This document shows positions 11,801 through 23,800 of a DNA stretch of 64,000 bases, piece by piece. The notes beneath the pieces are model-generated. The model did not search any database. It was given only the letters and a program-made list of their open reading frames with translations, and had not been told where the DNA came from. The translations under genes were made by a program, and so were the position numbers. The stretch comes from Raillietiella orientalis. Lineage: Eukaryota. The stretch spans positions 8,246,001 to 8,310,000 of the forward strand of contig JAYWIR010000001.1 of assembly GCA_036172245.1 (NCBI GenBank), given 5' to 3'. Within the stretch, counting starts at the first letter, position 1, and each line of letters opens with the position of its first letter.

Positions 11801-14800
11801 CTTCGCCGCAAGTGAAAAAGTAGATCAGCTGCAAAGCCCTGTAACCCTGTACGATTATCTTCTCCAAAGCGCTAAAATATATATATATATATACCACAGT
11901 ATTTGAGGCAGGTACGTGGCGATGGAGTAAGCCAGGCGCTCAAATTTTCCACCGAGGATGGACGAGGGAGACACGGAATCTTCCGATCACGTGAACCTTG
12001 CAAACGGAGACCACACGCAACCGTTCGCTGCCACATAAACACGTGGCGGATGGCGTGGTCGGCCGTGGTAGGTAGGAGCGGACATAAGAGATCTCTCTCT
12101 CTCGATCGAGGAGTTTCACTCCTTCACTCCCAAAGGATTCCGTTATCTCCTTCGCTCATCCTTCGCGCACACATTTCAGTTCATTTCAGGCAAGGATTCT
12201 CCTTGACTGTAGAGCATCCCATTTACTGCACTTCAAAGATTCAACCAACAGACCTGTTTGTTCCGTTCTCTTTCAGGTACGCCTCCTTATCCTCTTCGCC
12301 CATGTCTGCAAGTTTGTTTTCCAGGCTTCCGGAAAACGGGATGATGGTTTCTCCATAACCCGATTTTGCCACGTGTTGTTTCAAGGGAACCAACCTGCAC
12401 ACGAAGATGGAGATCTCAGTCTTCGGTGCAACGCACAAAAAAGATGTCTGCTGTTCCTTCCTCAACGTTCACGCACACGCGCCAAGCGAATAGCCATCCG
12501 ATCGCGGCACCACGGGGAGAGGAACACTGCAGCAAAACGCAAAAGAATCGAACTTTTTGACACTCTTTGATTAACGAAAATATTTCCCAGCTGCGGCACG
12601 CAAACAGGAAGCCGGTTGCTGCGCATACGGTGAGAAGTGCTTCCGCGAAGCAAAACAGAAAGAACAAACCAGCTGCAGAGAACAAGCCATTTCCTGTTTC
12701 CGAGACGGCTGCTGGATTCCCTTGTCGTTCACAGCAGGAAAATTAGCGAAGAGTGGTGCGGACGCGAACCACGGGGAAGGCACGAGCGCGCCCGATAAGG
12801 CGGGGCGGCATCAGGGGCATAGGGAACGAAAGGAAAAGACTCTGGAAGACCTTCCTCCTGTGGCGGGAGGCGGGCATCCCTCGCGCGCACTTTCGCGCAT
12901 CGCTTCTTGCGAGCCGTTCGGGTTTTCGGTTCACACACGGTGTGGAGCTTACTGGATGGGAAACGGATAACGAGAGGGCGCGCAGTAGCGGCATGCCCCC
13001 TCCCCCTCTTCCCCCTTTTCTTTGTCTGATCTGAGAACGTCTCCTCTGCCACCGTTCGTTCTTCAAGGACTCGGCGAAGAAACAAGGGAAAGCCGACATC
13101 ATTCCAGCTCCTTATTGTTCTTCAACGGCAGCATAAGATTATCAGAATCTCCAGCGTTTACGGAGCAAATCGGAGGCGACCTGATTCGAAAGCAACCGGC
13201 AGGGGAAAGAGGAAGAAAAATGGATGCACAACGCAAAGGAACGGCGGTTACGAGTCTCGGAACATTCCCGCCCTCCAAACGCGAGGATTCGTTTCAGCGC
13301 TTACTTTTTGTAATCTGGCTGGACATGTTTGAGGATGTGTATGTGAAATGTGCTGTGGGAGAGAAAGAGAGAGAGAGAGAGAGGGGAAGCACACACATCG
13401 AGCAAAAGAGAGAGAGAGCGCGCGAGATGCCGGGGAAGACACGAACGGAGCCTGTAATTATAAACTTTTATTCACGTTCCATTCATGATTTCCAAATGCA
13501 TGTTATTATCTGTGTGAAGATAAGGGAGCTGATCGGAAGTGAACAATATCTGGTAATAACCTAAGAGTAATTTTTCTCCAAAGCAGTTTCTCCTTCCCCT
13601 CCCCCCTCCTTTTCCCTGCTTTTTAATTTGCCTACTTTAAATCAAACAAACCATTTATAAAACGAGGATCGTCGGCCCGCTGGACTAGAGCGCCTTCCAG
13701 GAATGCTAAACTATTCAAAGCAGGAAAACGAAGTCGGGCGCGGTCTGACCAGTTGTTCTGGAGTGGCCGTCGGCACCGAGGAGAATACGTGTATGCGCGC
13801 ACCGGAAGCGACTTCTTCCTTCCTTTGACTATCATAGGAGACACTCGTACGATGCTCAACCGGGAAGCCAGCGATCCTCGCAGCGCTCCCCTTCCGATCA
13901 ACAGCTCGCTTCACTCCGGAGCCGGAACACGGGACATGTGGGAATTCGGGATGAGCTCTCGGAGTTGGACGCGCACACAGCACTCTTGCGATCGCGTGCC
14001 ATCTAATCTGACGCACAACATACCTTGCATATACTTCTCCCCCCTCCCCCCCTCAAAAAAGTCATAAATGGTTACCATTTGTTTTTCTTCTTAATAAAAT
14101 CCTTTTCCGACATATTAATGAGATATATCATAGGTTTTGCTGTGATGAACAAGTGTTTATTCAAAACCTCAACCTATAAGAGAAAATTTTCAAAAACACA
14201 AAGGTCAAAGTGCAAAGTCCGCGAAAAAGCGTCACAAATTCAGCAAAAGGAGCAATCTCAGTTCAGATCCCATAGCAGCAGTCTGCAGCCACAGAGACCC
14301 ACAGGGATCTTAGATGCAGCATTGGAAAGGTTTGCAGACTTGGAACGCACTCCGGTAGTAACCTGCGTGGCGACTGCGAGTCAAACGGGAAAAACAGGTG
14401 CCGTTTGATAAAACTGGAGAACACTCCCCACGTCCAAGGGAGATATCCGAAACAGAGAAAATCATGGGAATGCTCACGGTATGGACAAATAATTTCAGTT
14501 GGAAAGGGAAAAAAGGGAAACGGAAACAGCGAAGCAGATCGGGCATCGCATGACACAATCGGATTGAGCTCACAGATTGCAGGATCCAAGACATTCATCT
14601 CAATCGATTCTTGGTACCACATGGAAAACCGTTCTCCCCCATCCTGCACATAACTACACATGAATACGATGATGAAATGACGCGAAGATGTCACAGCATT
14701 CTATGAAGCTGCGAAAACAACAAGAAACACAAACGTCCACTTGAGGGTCATAACGAATGGGTGAAGAACGAACAATGAGTTCGTTCTTGCAATGCGACTT

Positions 14801-17800
14801 CCCATGATCAACGGCTGCACAGGTCTAATTTCACGTTTGTTTCCGAAACAGTGATGTCATTTCATTCACCTGTCTCCAGTGCTCTGAGACATGCTGACAT
14901 GTAAGTGGCAGCCACCCTCTTGTATCCGGTAACACCTTCAAGAGCACTCTTCAAACGTTCCAAGACACTTAAAACCTATTATTCACAGTGAAAAATAGTG
15001 GATCCATAAGCGCAGCGACACCTAGTCATCGCACTCTATTTGCTACGCATTGTCACACTTGAACTTGCTTCTGATGGAAAAGAAACATTTCGAGAAATAA
15101 AAAAATGATGAGCGGTTAGCCACGAAGAGACCACTGAGAGGACCACAATAGCACCTTAAACCCAAATAGCTAAGAGAACGAGCAACAGAAAGAATAGCAC
15201 TATCACCACCACCTGGACCTCTAAAAAGCGATCGGAATTCCATTCTCGGGAAAAGCAAGAGCTTAACTCAGAAAAGATTTCTATTAGCTTCAATTAGTAA
15301 TCAAATGAAAGTATGAGGCACTGGAGTAGCAAATCGCACGGTGTAATAAAACCATTTGCATTCTTGATACTTAAGTTTTCATCCCAGAACACTGCAGCTC
15401 AGAAAACACCATGCGTAAAACAAGGTGCATATAGTCAACACTTTGGGATTTATTTTCACAGCCCTACGATTAGAAGGGAAACCAATTTTCGCGAGAAAGG
15501 ATTTTTCCTAAGCGAATGCCACCTGAGGATAAACGTTAACGGAGTCACTGCTCATACGCAAAGCAGAAGAAAGGATATTTTGAGGAACATTTCGAGAGAA
15601 GGATACCATTTATTTTTTTTTTCAATCATGAATTGTTGATCATTTTAACTAAAATAAATGAAACTTAAGAGTTCTATGCATAATCTCCCATTCGCAAGCA
15701 CACACAATCGAATAATACCTCTTTTTCGTTCCAGTTACCGTAGCGAAGATGCTTCTTATCCACGGCCACAAAATCTTTAAGCTTGGTCAAAATTGTCTGA
15801 AAATACCACAGAGATTTGTTGCAAAACATGTAGGTGTCGTTCACGTAATGTTGCTTCACTAACTCTTACACACATTATTTTGAATAAGGCACTCTTACAC
15901 ACGCTCACACGATGTACGCTCATCACAATGTAAGGTAAACAACAAGACGGCCAGTCATGAAGGATTAGACTTACGTATTCTAGCTTTATCTTCTTATCAC
16001 CACTACGCATTGCATTTTTATCTAACTTTTCTAAAATTCCTTTTAAGTGCTCTTCATCTTTTTTAAGCAACTCTTCGTTGATTATGTCTATGTCACGTAT
16101 GGGATTCACATCTCCCTCTACGTGTGTTACATCGTCATCCTCAAAGAGTCCTGCAATGTATGAAAACATTAGTTGGAAGATAACGTGTGGAATATTCCAT
16201 ACATGAATGATTCCGTTAACGAATGTGCAAGACCACATGGACGTGATTCGATGAACAAGAATCACTTTAGCTAATGGTGCTGAGCAATTCCTTCGTTTAT
16301 GTCACTATAAACGATGCATTGTTCATATCCCGAAGGATTTTTGGCAAATGGAAAAATGAAATGCACAGCCTGCATCCAATTTCCAAAAACAGCAAGCAAG
16401 AATTTCTTGAAAACGAAAGATTCATTCCAAGAACTCCATGCTCTTTTCACTTTCGTGCTAATCACACATTTGTTATTAACACACGGTACTGATAGCAACA
16501 CTAATCCGTGGGAGAAAACACTGCAGTAGCGCCTCTTCAAAGTCTCGTTTTGCGAATCATTATGAAACATTTTTTACAAAATAGTTCCAAATTACAATAA
16601 TATGGTACTTTTATATTATTATAAACAAACAGGAAGTTTTCTGTTCTCTAACCACACATCCAAGCAGTTGATCTGTGAAGGAAAGGAAATTGAGCATCTA
16701 TGTTTAGCAAAAAAACAAGGCTAATCACGAAGCAACACCTACTCAGCATGAAGCCTTCTATTGTCTTTGCAAAACTAAAACCATTCGTCTTGGACGGGAG
16801 ATGTGATAAGGCTATAATTACAAGCACCGCTTTGACTTTAAAGGCACATATAAGAAAAGGGTTCACTAATTGGGGAAGTGTTACAACACGCTTAGCCTAT
16901 CATTAGAGCTACGTAAAGGTGAGCAAAGACAGACACCCACTTGCTCCCAACTGAGCTAATAAGAAAGACTTTGGTCAACACTTTATTTTACTGTCTCTAG
17001 CACAATGCCGGTAATTAATTTCTTGCCAACATAAAGTCGGCAACGGAATTCAATCAGCTCATGTGATCCGGGAATGAGTCAATCGGAGTCAAAAATGGAA
17101 ACGGAGGAGGGATTCAGCGATCCTCCTCTGAGACCACTCTGCGTCCCTAAACAAGAGACGTCATTAACCACGCTCGACACATCGTACGATCATTCCGTTG
17201 CTGCAAAGGCAATCATTTCGTTGAGAGGATTACAGATTTCCTGGTGATCATGACTAATTTACGCGAAAGTGCTCTTTACAATCACTGTTTACGGTTTCTC
17301 AGACGAATCTTTCCCTTCCCCGACCAGAACAGTCCCCTCTGTTCCTTTTACTGGCCAATAGCATCAAGAGACAAAACAACAAATTGTGTGAAACAACGAC
17401 GCGAAGTTCTAGGAGCATAATATGATATTGAGAAATGATAAATTCATCAAGTTTCAGTTCATTTTTAGGTCTTTCTGGATGAAGAACAACATCCGCATCA
17501 ATTTTTCATCAACTCTGGAATGCCCAGAGCATATATCTGTTATCGTACCATTGTACGTTTACCAAGAATCGTAGGTGTTGCATCGCACACACGGTACACC
17601 ACAAAAGCCGATGTCCAGCACGAACACATTAGTTGTACAACAAGACTGAGTTTGCTTTTTTTGATGGCAAGTGAACATAGCAATCAAGTATTGAAGCTAC
17701 GCTGTGTTTGCGAACATTCGAACGCAACATGAGTCACGAAACCAACACGAAACAGCCGGCTCATAAGAGAATGTTCAAGTCAACAAGTATATAAAGCATA

Positions 17801-20800
17801 TACTGGTCAGGGAGATACACACCGCAGGGTACAAAAAAAATATGCCTTAAACGACGCAAGACTTCCGTACGGAAATTTTTGATATAGTTTATTTTACATG
17901 AATATGATTTCCCTTAAGAAATCAAAGAAACGAGTACACTCCATTCACACGTGCACATATATACACATACAATACACAGACACACGATTCTGCACCTACG
18001 CCAGAACGAGATGCTTTAGTGTAGCAAGTGTTGTTCCATTACCAGACATGAACTGCTCGGATTCCTGGCGCAGCCTTCACGACTTTGCCTTACCACAATG
18101 TACTGAATGTTTGTTTTCTGCCTAGCACAGTAAAACATGTTCATCACGTATAATAAGGTGGTACGCAATGATTCATTCCACCACCATTTCTACAGAATGC
18201 CGTCCATTACTCGCCTTTGTGTGCTGCATCCCTAGAAGCAAAGGAACTAACAAACTCGTCTCCACCATTGCAACATTTCAGGAAAACGAAAGAAAGAAAG
18301 AAACAACTCGTCTCTCATTTACCAACACCTGACTGTGCATTTAGCAAACCTACGAGCGTAAGCGTGATGTAAAGTTCGGTGAGGCACAGTATTAAAATAC
18401 CATCTGAAGAACCAAAGAGTTCGGCAAAACATGTTTGCTTTTTTGAAATGAGAGAGCATTTTCGGGGAAATTTTCACCAGCGATTCGGAAACAAAAAAAA
18501 AACACTCGATGGTTTTACAGTGCTCGCCGGCGAAAGGTGTTCCCAGAACCACGTTGAAAGCAAACAGTTCTTCAACCGCACTCCGTGCGAACAGCTTGTT
18601 TATTAATCGTGCTTTTGAAAAATCCGAGTTCTCGAATCTTTGTGACTGGAAAATAAAATCACGGCACATCGCTTCCGGTTGGGTCTTACATCGCTTATTT
18701 TAACCCCTGTTTTGGCCATTAATCGCCGAAATGCCATCTGAAAATTTAATAAACCAATCGGAAGATTCAGATCAGAACCACACGTATCCTGAAGAGAAAT
18801 AATTTATGAGAGTGCACAATGTGGATCGGGAGGAAATATGCTAGACATGAAGAGACGCATTCGACGAAAAAGCATTGACTCAACTACAGTGCTACTGACT
18901 GCACAAAAGCGGACTACCCATTATTTCCAGTCAAGGCAGTATCCCACTCTATGAAAGCAGCGAGAGACATAAGACAGTCTCTCACCATGTCCACCACCAT
19001 TGCAACATTTCCGAGAAAACCAAAGAAAACAAATGGCAGCATTCTTCATCGGAAATAATTTTGGATCTCAAATCGCGCATGAATTCAATTCAGATTCCTT
19101 TCAGTGGGGAACACGACACGACATGAATGGTAAAAGCATGGCTCAGACAGCCTGCAGTGCACGGAAGAAAAAAGAAAAAAGGAAATCTAAGACTTTACAT
19201 GGAAATCCCATCCGTCTTAGAGCAACCATAGCATCATGCGCAGAAAGGGGACAATCCGTATCAACCTGGAGACCAACCCAACTGTGCCTCGGACATATCT
19301 AAAAACCTAACACACGAATACATTCATCTGTGAATTTCGTTAATGCACGCCATTCCATTTTCCACTGGTTCTTGGATGTTCAATAAGAAACTGCGAATGC
19401 ATGCAGGCGAAAGAAAACCGAATCGGCGGATTTTCTCAGGACTTCTTCACATTGCACTTTGAGATGGGCAATCTGCAGAAATCAGTTGTCCTCAGAAAAT
19501 GCGCAGCGAACATTTTTTGCGAACATTTTAATGATAGTCAAATCTTGAAGAGACCGGCAAAGTGTCTTTCGATGTGCCACCACAAAACTTGTCTAATGCC
19601 GCGATGATTCTCGACATCTTAATCGCACAACAGAAAACTACGAAGTTCCCATAACGGACTGCTTCCACGATACAAAAACAACGAATGTTGCATTACCTCC
19701 TTCTAGCAACTGTGGTTCACAGAATCCCGTTTGCCAACTAACTGTAAATGCAAAGACGGATTATTGTATGAAGAAGAAACACACTGAAAACGTACAAACG
19801 TTTCCGCGCTGATGTGAACCACTGTGATTTTCCCTTGAGGCTGAAGAGTAAGTGAAACTTGCTGAGACGTCACTTTAATGTGCGAACGCTACAAAACTAG
19901 CCTGTGGCAGCTATTAGAACAGAAAATCATCGGTTCAAATCCAGGAAAGCACACCTGTAAGCAATGTGAGATTTATCAGCATACTGCGGAAGAATCAACC
20001 TGTTCCTTATAACAAGAAAAGTAATTCAATCCACAGGGTGAATACAACAGGTTAATACAGAAAATTGCTTTCGACTATGATACATCATTTCGTGAGTGAA
20101 ACGAGCATCCCTTGTGGAGCCGACTTTGCTGCAACGTGAAGTTGCGATCCGTTTCCACACTATTCCTAAAGCATATCGGAGAATCATCCTCATACCATTT
20201 GTTAATTTACCACCTAATATGAGAGTTGTCTATTAAGTGATTACAGTATGATAGTTTGGAATAACAAGGTATTCCAAACTAAAAATAATTGGGGCTCACA
20301 AAGCTGAAATGACCACTTGTAGTACCATGTAGGTAGGCTTGGCCAAGCAAGCAGTGAAAAGCAGAGATGTACACACAAACAAAAAGAAAAAAAAGGATCT
20401 TGTAAAATACACACAACCTAGCGGATACTGCGTTGTGTTTTCTAATTGAGAATGTGTCCAATTTTGCTCAGAGTGACTTCGACGCCACTGATTTGGGAAT
20501 GTGAATTTTCGTTTCAACCCGAGTCCAGCTTCGTTTCAAATTTGCCGTACACACTCTCGAATTTCGAGTTTGCAACCCATTTTCTTTCTTTCTGCCCTTC
20601 TTTTCCAATTTTCTTCTAGAAGTTCAACCTCTTATTTTTCGCGAATTCCAGGTTACGATTAGAATTTACTTTCTTCGGAATCATCGCGATGGCTTGAAAG
20701 AAAAGAATATCTCTTTTCGAAATATGCGACTCTCACAGTTATTACATCATAGGGCAAAGTATCGGTTCCTTTCAATAAAGAAATTCAGCTTAATACTTTG

Positions 20801-23800
20801 GTAAGATACCCACAATGAACTCAGTCTGCCAGTTAACTAAACTCCACAATACACATACATGTTCATTTTTCCTCTTTCAAGACGTTTTCAGAACCACATG
20901 TGTATGCTAGAATTACGTTTACATGAAACATAATTCCCGAATCTCGGACCGTTAGGTGAGCAGCCTGACCCCAGCACCCTCAAGATCCAGTCCACTCCCA
21001 ACTACCACATCGGATATTCGAAAAGGATTCTATCCCGGACCCTGCTGGAAGTATGGAATCCAGTGTTGACATTGGATGCCTGTCCCGATGAAGAACCTCG
21101 AACACTGCCTTTTTTCGTGTTGCTGTCCTCGGAAACACGAAATTCTACTCTTAAGCTAGGAGCATAGCACGAAGCTTCGAGAGCTGAATTCGCTGATTTG
21201 GAGCAACTCACACAGACTATCTTGGAAAGCATCACAAAAATGTTTGTGATGATTCCAGAGCAAATGTGGAAACGATCCCTGCACAGGGACGAAATTCAAA
21301 TGAAAGCACATCAAACATTTCAAAACAGAGCTACATCGTCGAAGTAACGCTTACTACGGAGACACACGAGGGTTGTGTTGCGCTATTTGCAAAGTCAGCA
21401 AAGCCCTTTGCTGAGAGTATGGGAAAGCAATGGACTTTTAATATTTTTTTTTTTTTTTTTTTTCTTTTTTTTTTTTTTACAAAATTAAGAAAAATTAGTA
21501 CACGGGGAACAACAGTCGCAGATATTAAGATTTCTGCACATTCCGGATACGAATACACTTTCGGAAAAAATTCTCTTCGAAGGGGGGCAAGGGTAATTCC
21601 TTTTGCTTTCAAAACAGTAGTGGCAGGGAAACTTTAAGGATGCCAGTCCTTACTTTAAAACTTGTGAATGCTTCCCATCATAAGGATTAAGTAACCGACG
21701 GGGTTCACATTCAGCATTTTTTAAATAGATGATAAATTCGACAAACCAAAAAACTAGGATAAGGGAACTCTCAATCAACACAACTCTGGTAATCCCTTTA
21801 CATGGTTAAATTCAATCAAGGAGCATAATAGCTCCATAAATTAAAGCACCAAACTGCACCTACATTTCCCCATATAGGAGCTACCATGATTTTCAAAACA
21901 TGACAATCCATGGCTGATACAACGGCTTCAACCATTCATCACCACAAATGCAAGCTACACGAGCTCTTTCTAATTACAGATTTCATATTCTCGTTTGCAT
22001 AGATTGTCGGCAAAACACCTGTTAGAGACGAAACTTTATGATATCAAAGATGCGATAAAATACATTTCGGGGATCACCATCCTGGGATGCGCTGGAGCAT
22101 TTAGAAGCTTCAACTGCTCATGCGGCTCTTCATGGAAACTTCGGTGTTAATGCAATTTTTCTACTTCTGTACACCAACAGTGTTCCAAAGAGACTACAGG
22201 GGCCCTCCTGGATTGCACAAGTGATGGAAAAATAAAATGCCTGCCTAATTTTATAGTGATGAAAACTGCTGAAAACGTATGTCATGTTAAGTAATTGTTC
22301 AGTATATCTCTCGTTTGTGAACGATACCGAGTTTCATTAAGATATTACTTACAACAAAACTTAACAAACGGAAATACAGTTTAAAAACAGGGTTTTTCAG
22401 CTGATGATTCAATACAATATTTTTCGGATGCATTACTTCATTAAAACGTGTTTCTTCTCGGTTCGATTTTATGATCATTAAGGTAATATTTTCGAAATGC
22501 TAATTTAACAGGTACAATGCATCAATACACATACCTGTGGTTACAACTGTATTATTAACAGACACATAAATTCTGCAACATGTACGTTTACGCGCGTAAG
22601 TATGGTCGAAAACAACAGCATCATGCAGTAAAAAGACAATTGCTTAATTGTGAACAACAGTTAATGCTGATCCGAAAAAACTTCTAACAACAAAAAGAAA
22701 GGAAAACGTTGTAATGTCAAGTTTAAGCAAATATTCTCATAATCCAATGTCCTAGAACTCATGCTACAGCGACAACTTGCATGCAATTTCACCAGACATG
22801 TAGTTCATTATTGGAATTACATTTATGTGTTCATGGATCTCTGCTATATCGACTACGTATTTCCAAAATTAATCTATTTTAGTAGGGTAAAAAAAAAAAA
22901 AAAACGACCTATCTGTACCTTGTACTCGTTATAAATATGATTCAAAATAAACTTTGTACAAATTTTTTTCTAAATTAACTACATATACTCTATGTTTCCT
23001 CACTGCAGTGCTGTTAAGTGCCTTAATCTCTGTCAACTAATAAGCAAAAATTATTATAGTACTGTGGAAACAATAAATATGGGTTTATTATTTGTTGGCA
23101 TATGGAATGAAGACTATCTGAATTTGATTCCAATCATTTCGTAAAATCATTTACCATTTGTGCAAACTATAACTATAAAATAAGTACTTCAGGATACTAT
23201 AGGAATCCACATACATCCACACAAACATCTCATTCTCTAAATGAATTTTCAGGTTGAATATGTACTGAAAACAGAATCATTTAGAGCATTTGCTGCTTGA
23301 TTCAGATCTATGAATTAAAATGGACCCAAATTTACAATAACAAAATGCTTGTTACAGAAAACTCTAAAAATATTTTCTACAGAGATCAGAGTGTAGTTAC
23401 TTATGATATTAAATTCTAGGGGCATCAATATACTTTGCAATATAAAATAAAAGTGAAGAGATTGCATAATATTTTTAAAAGAGAGAAAAAGTATTTTAAC
23501 TGATCTTGTTCTTTCAATTAGTAGTATGTATGAATTTCTTGTGTAAATGCAGTGTGCATGAGTTGATCCTGTTAATAATGCATACTTTCAGAGGACAGTG
23601 AGCAGAAACAATTTTCTAATTCAAATTCAAGAAACTTACTGCATAAATGAAAAATGGCATCACATGCTTTTATGTGAGATAAAAAAGCATTTCCTAATCC
23701 TTGTCCTTCTGAAGCGTTTTTTACCAACCCAGCAATGTCAACTACATTTAAAAAGGCAGGAACTTTGCTAAAAATAAAAAGAAACATCTAAAAACTGCTT

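Noticed and set aside
19895-19950. tRNA or tRNA-SINE-like A/B boxes (TAGCCTGTGG...GGTTCAAATCC)
   Set aside because: Box spacing is short and no cloverleaf can be drawn; at most a decayed SINE head.
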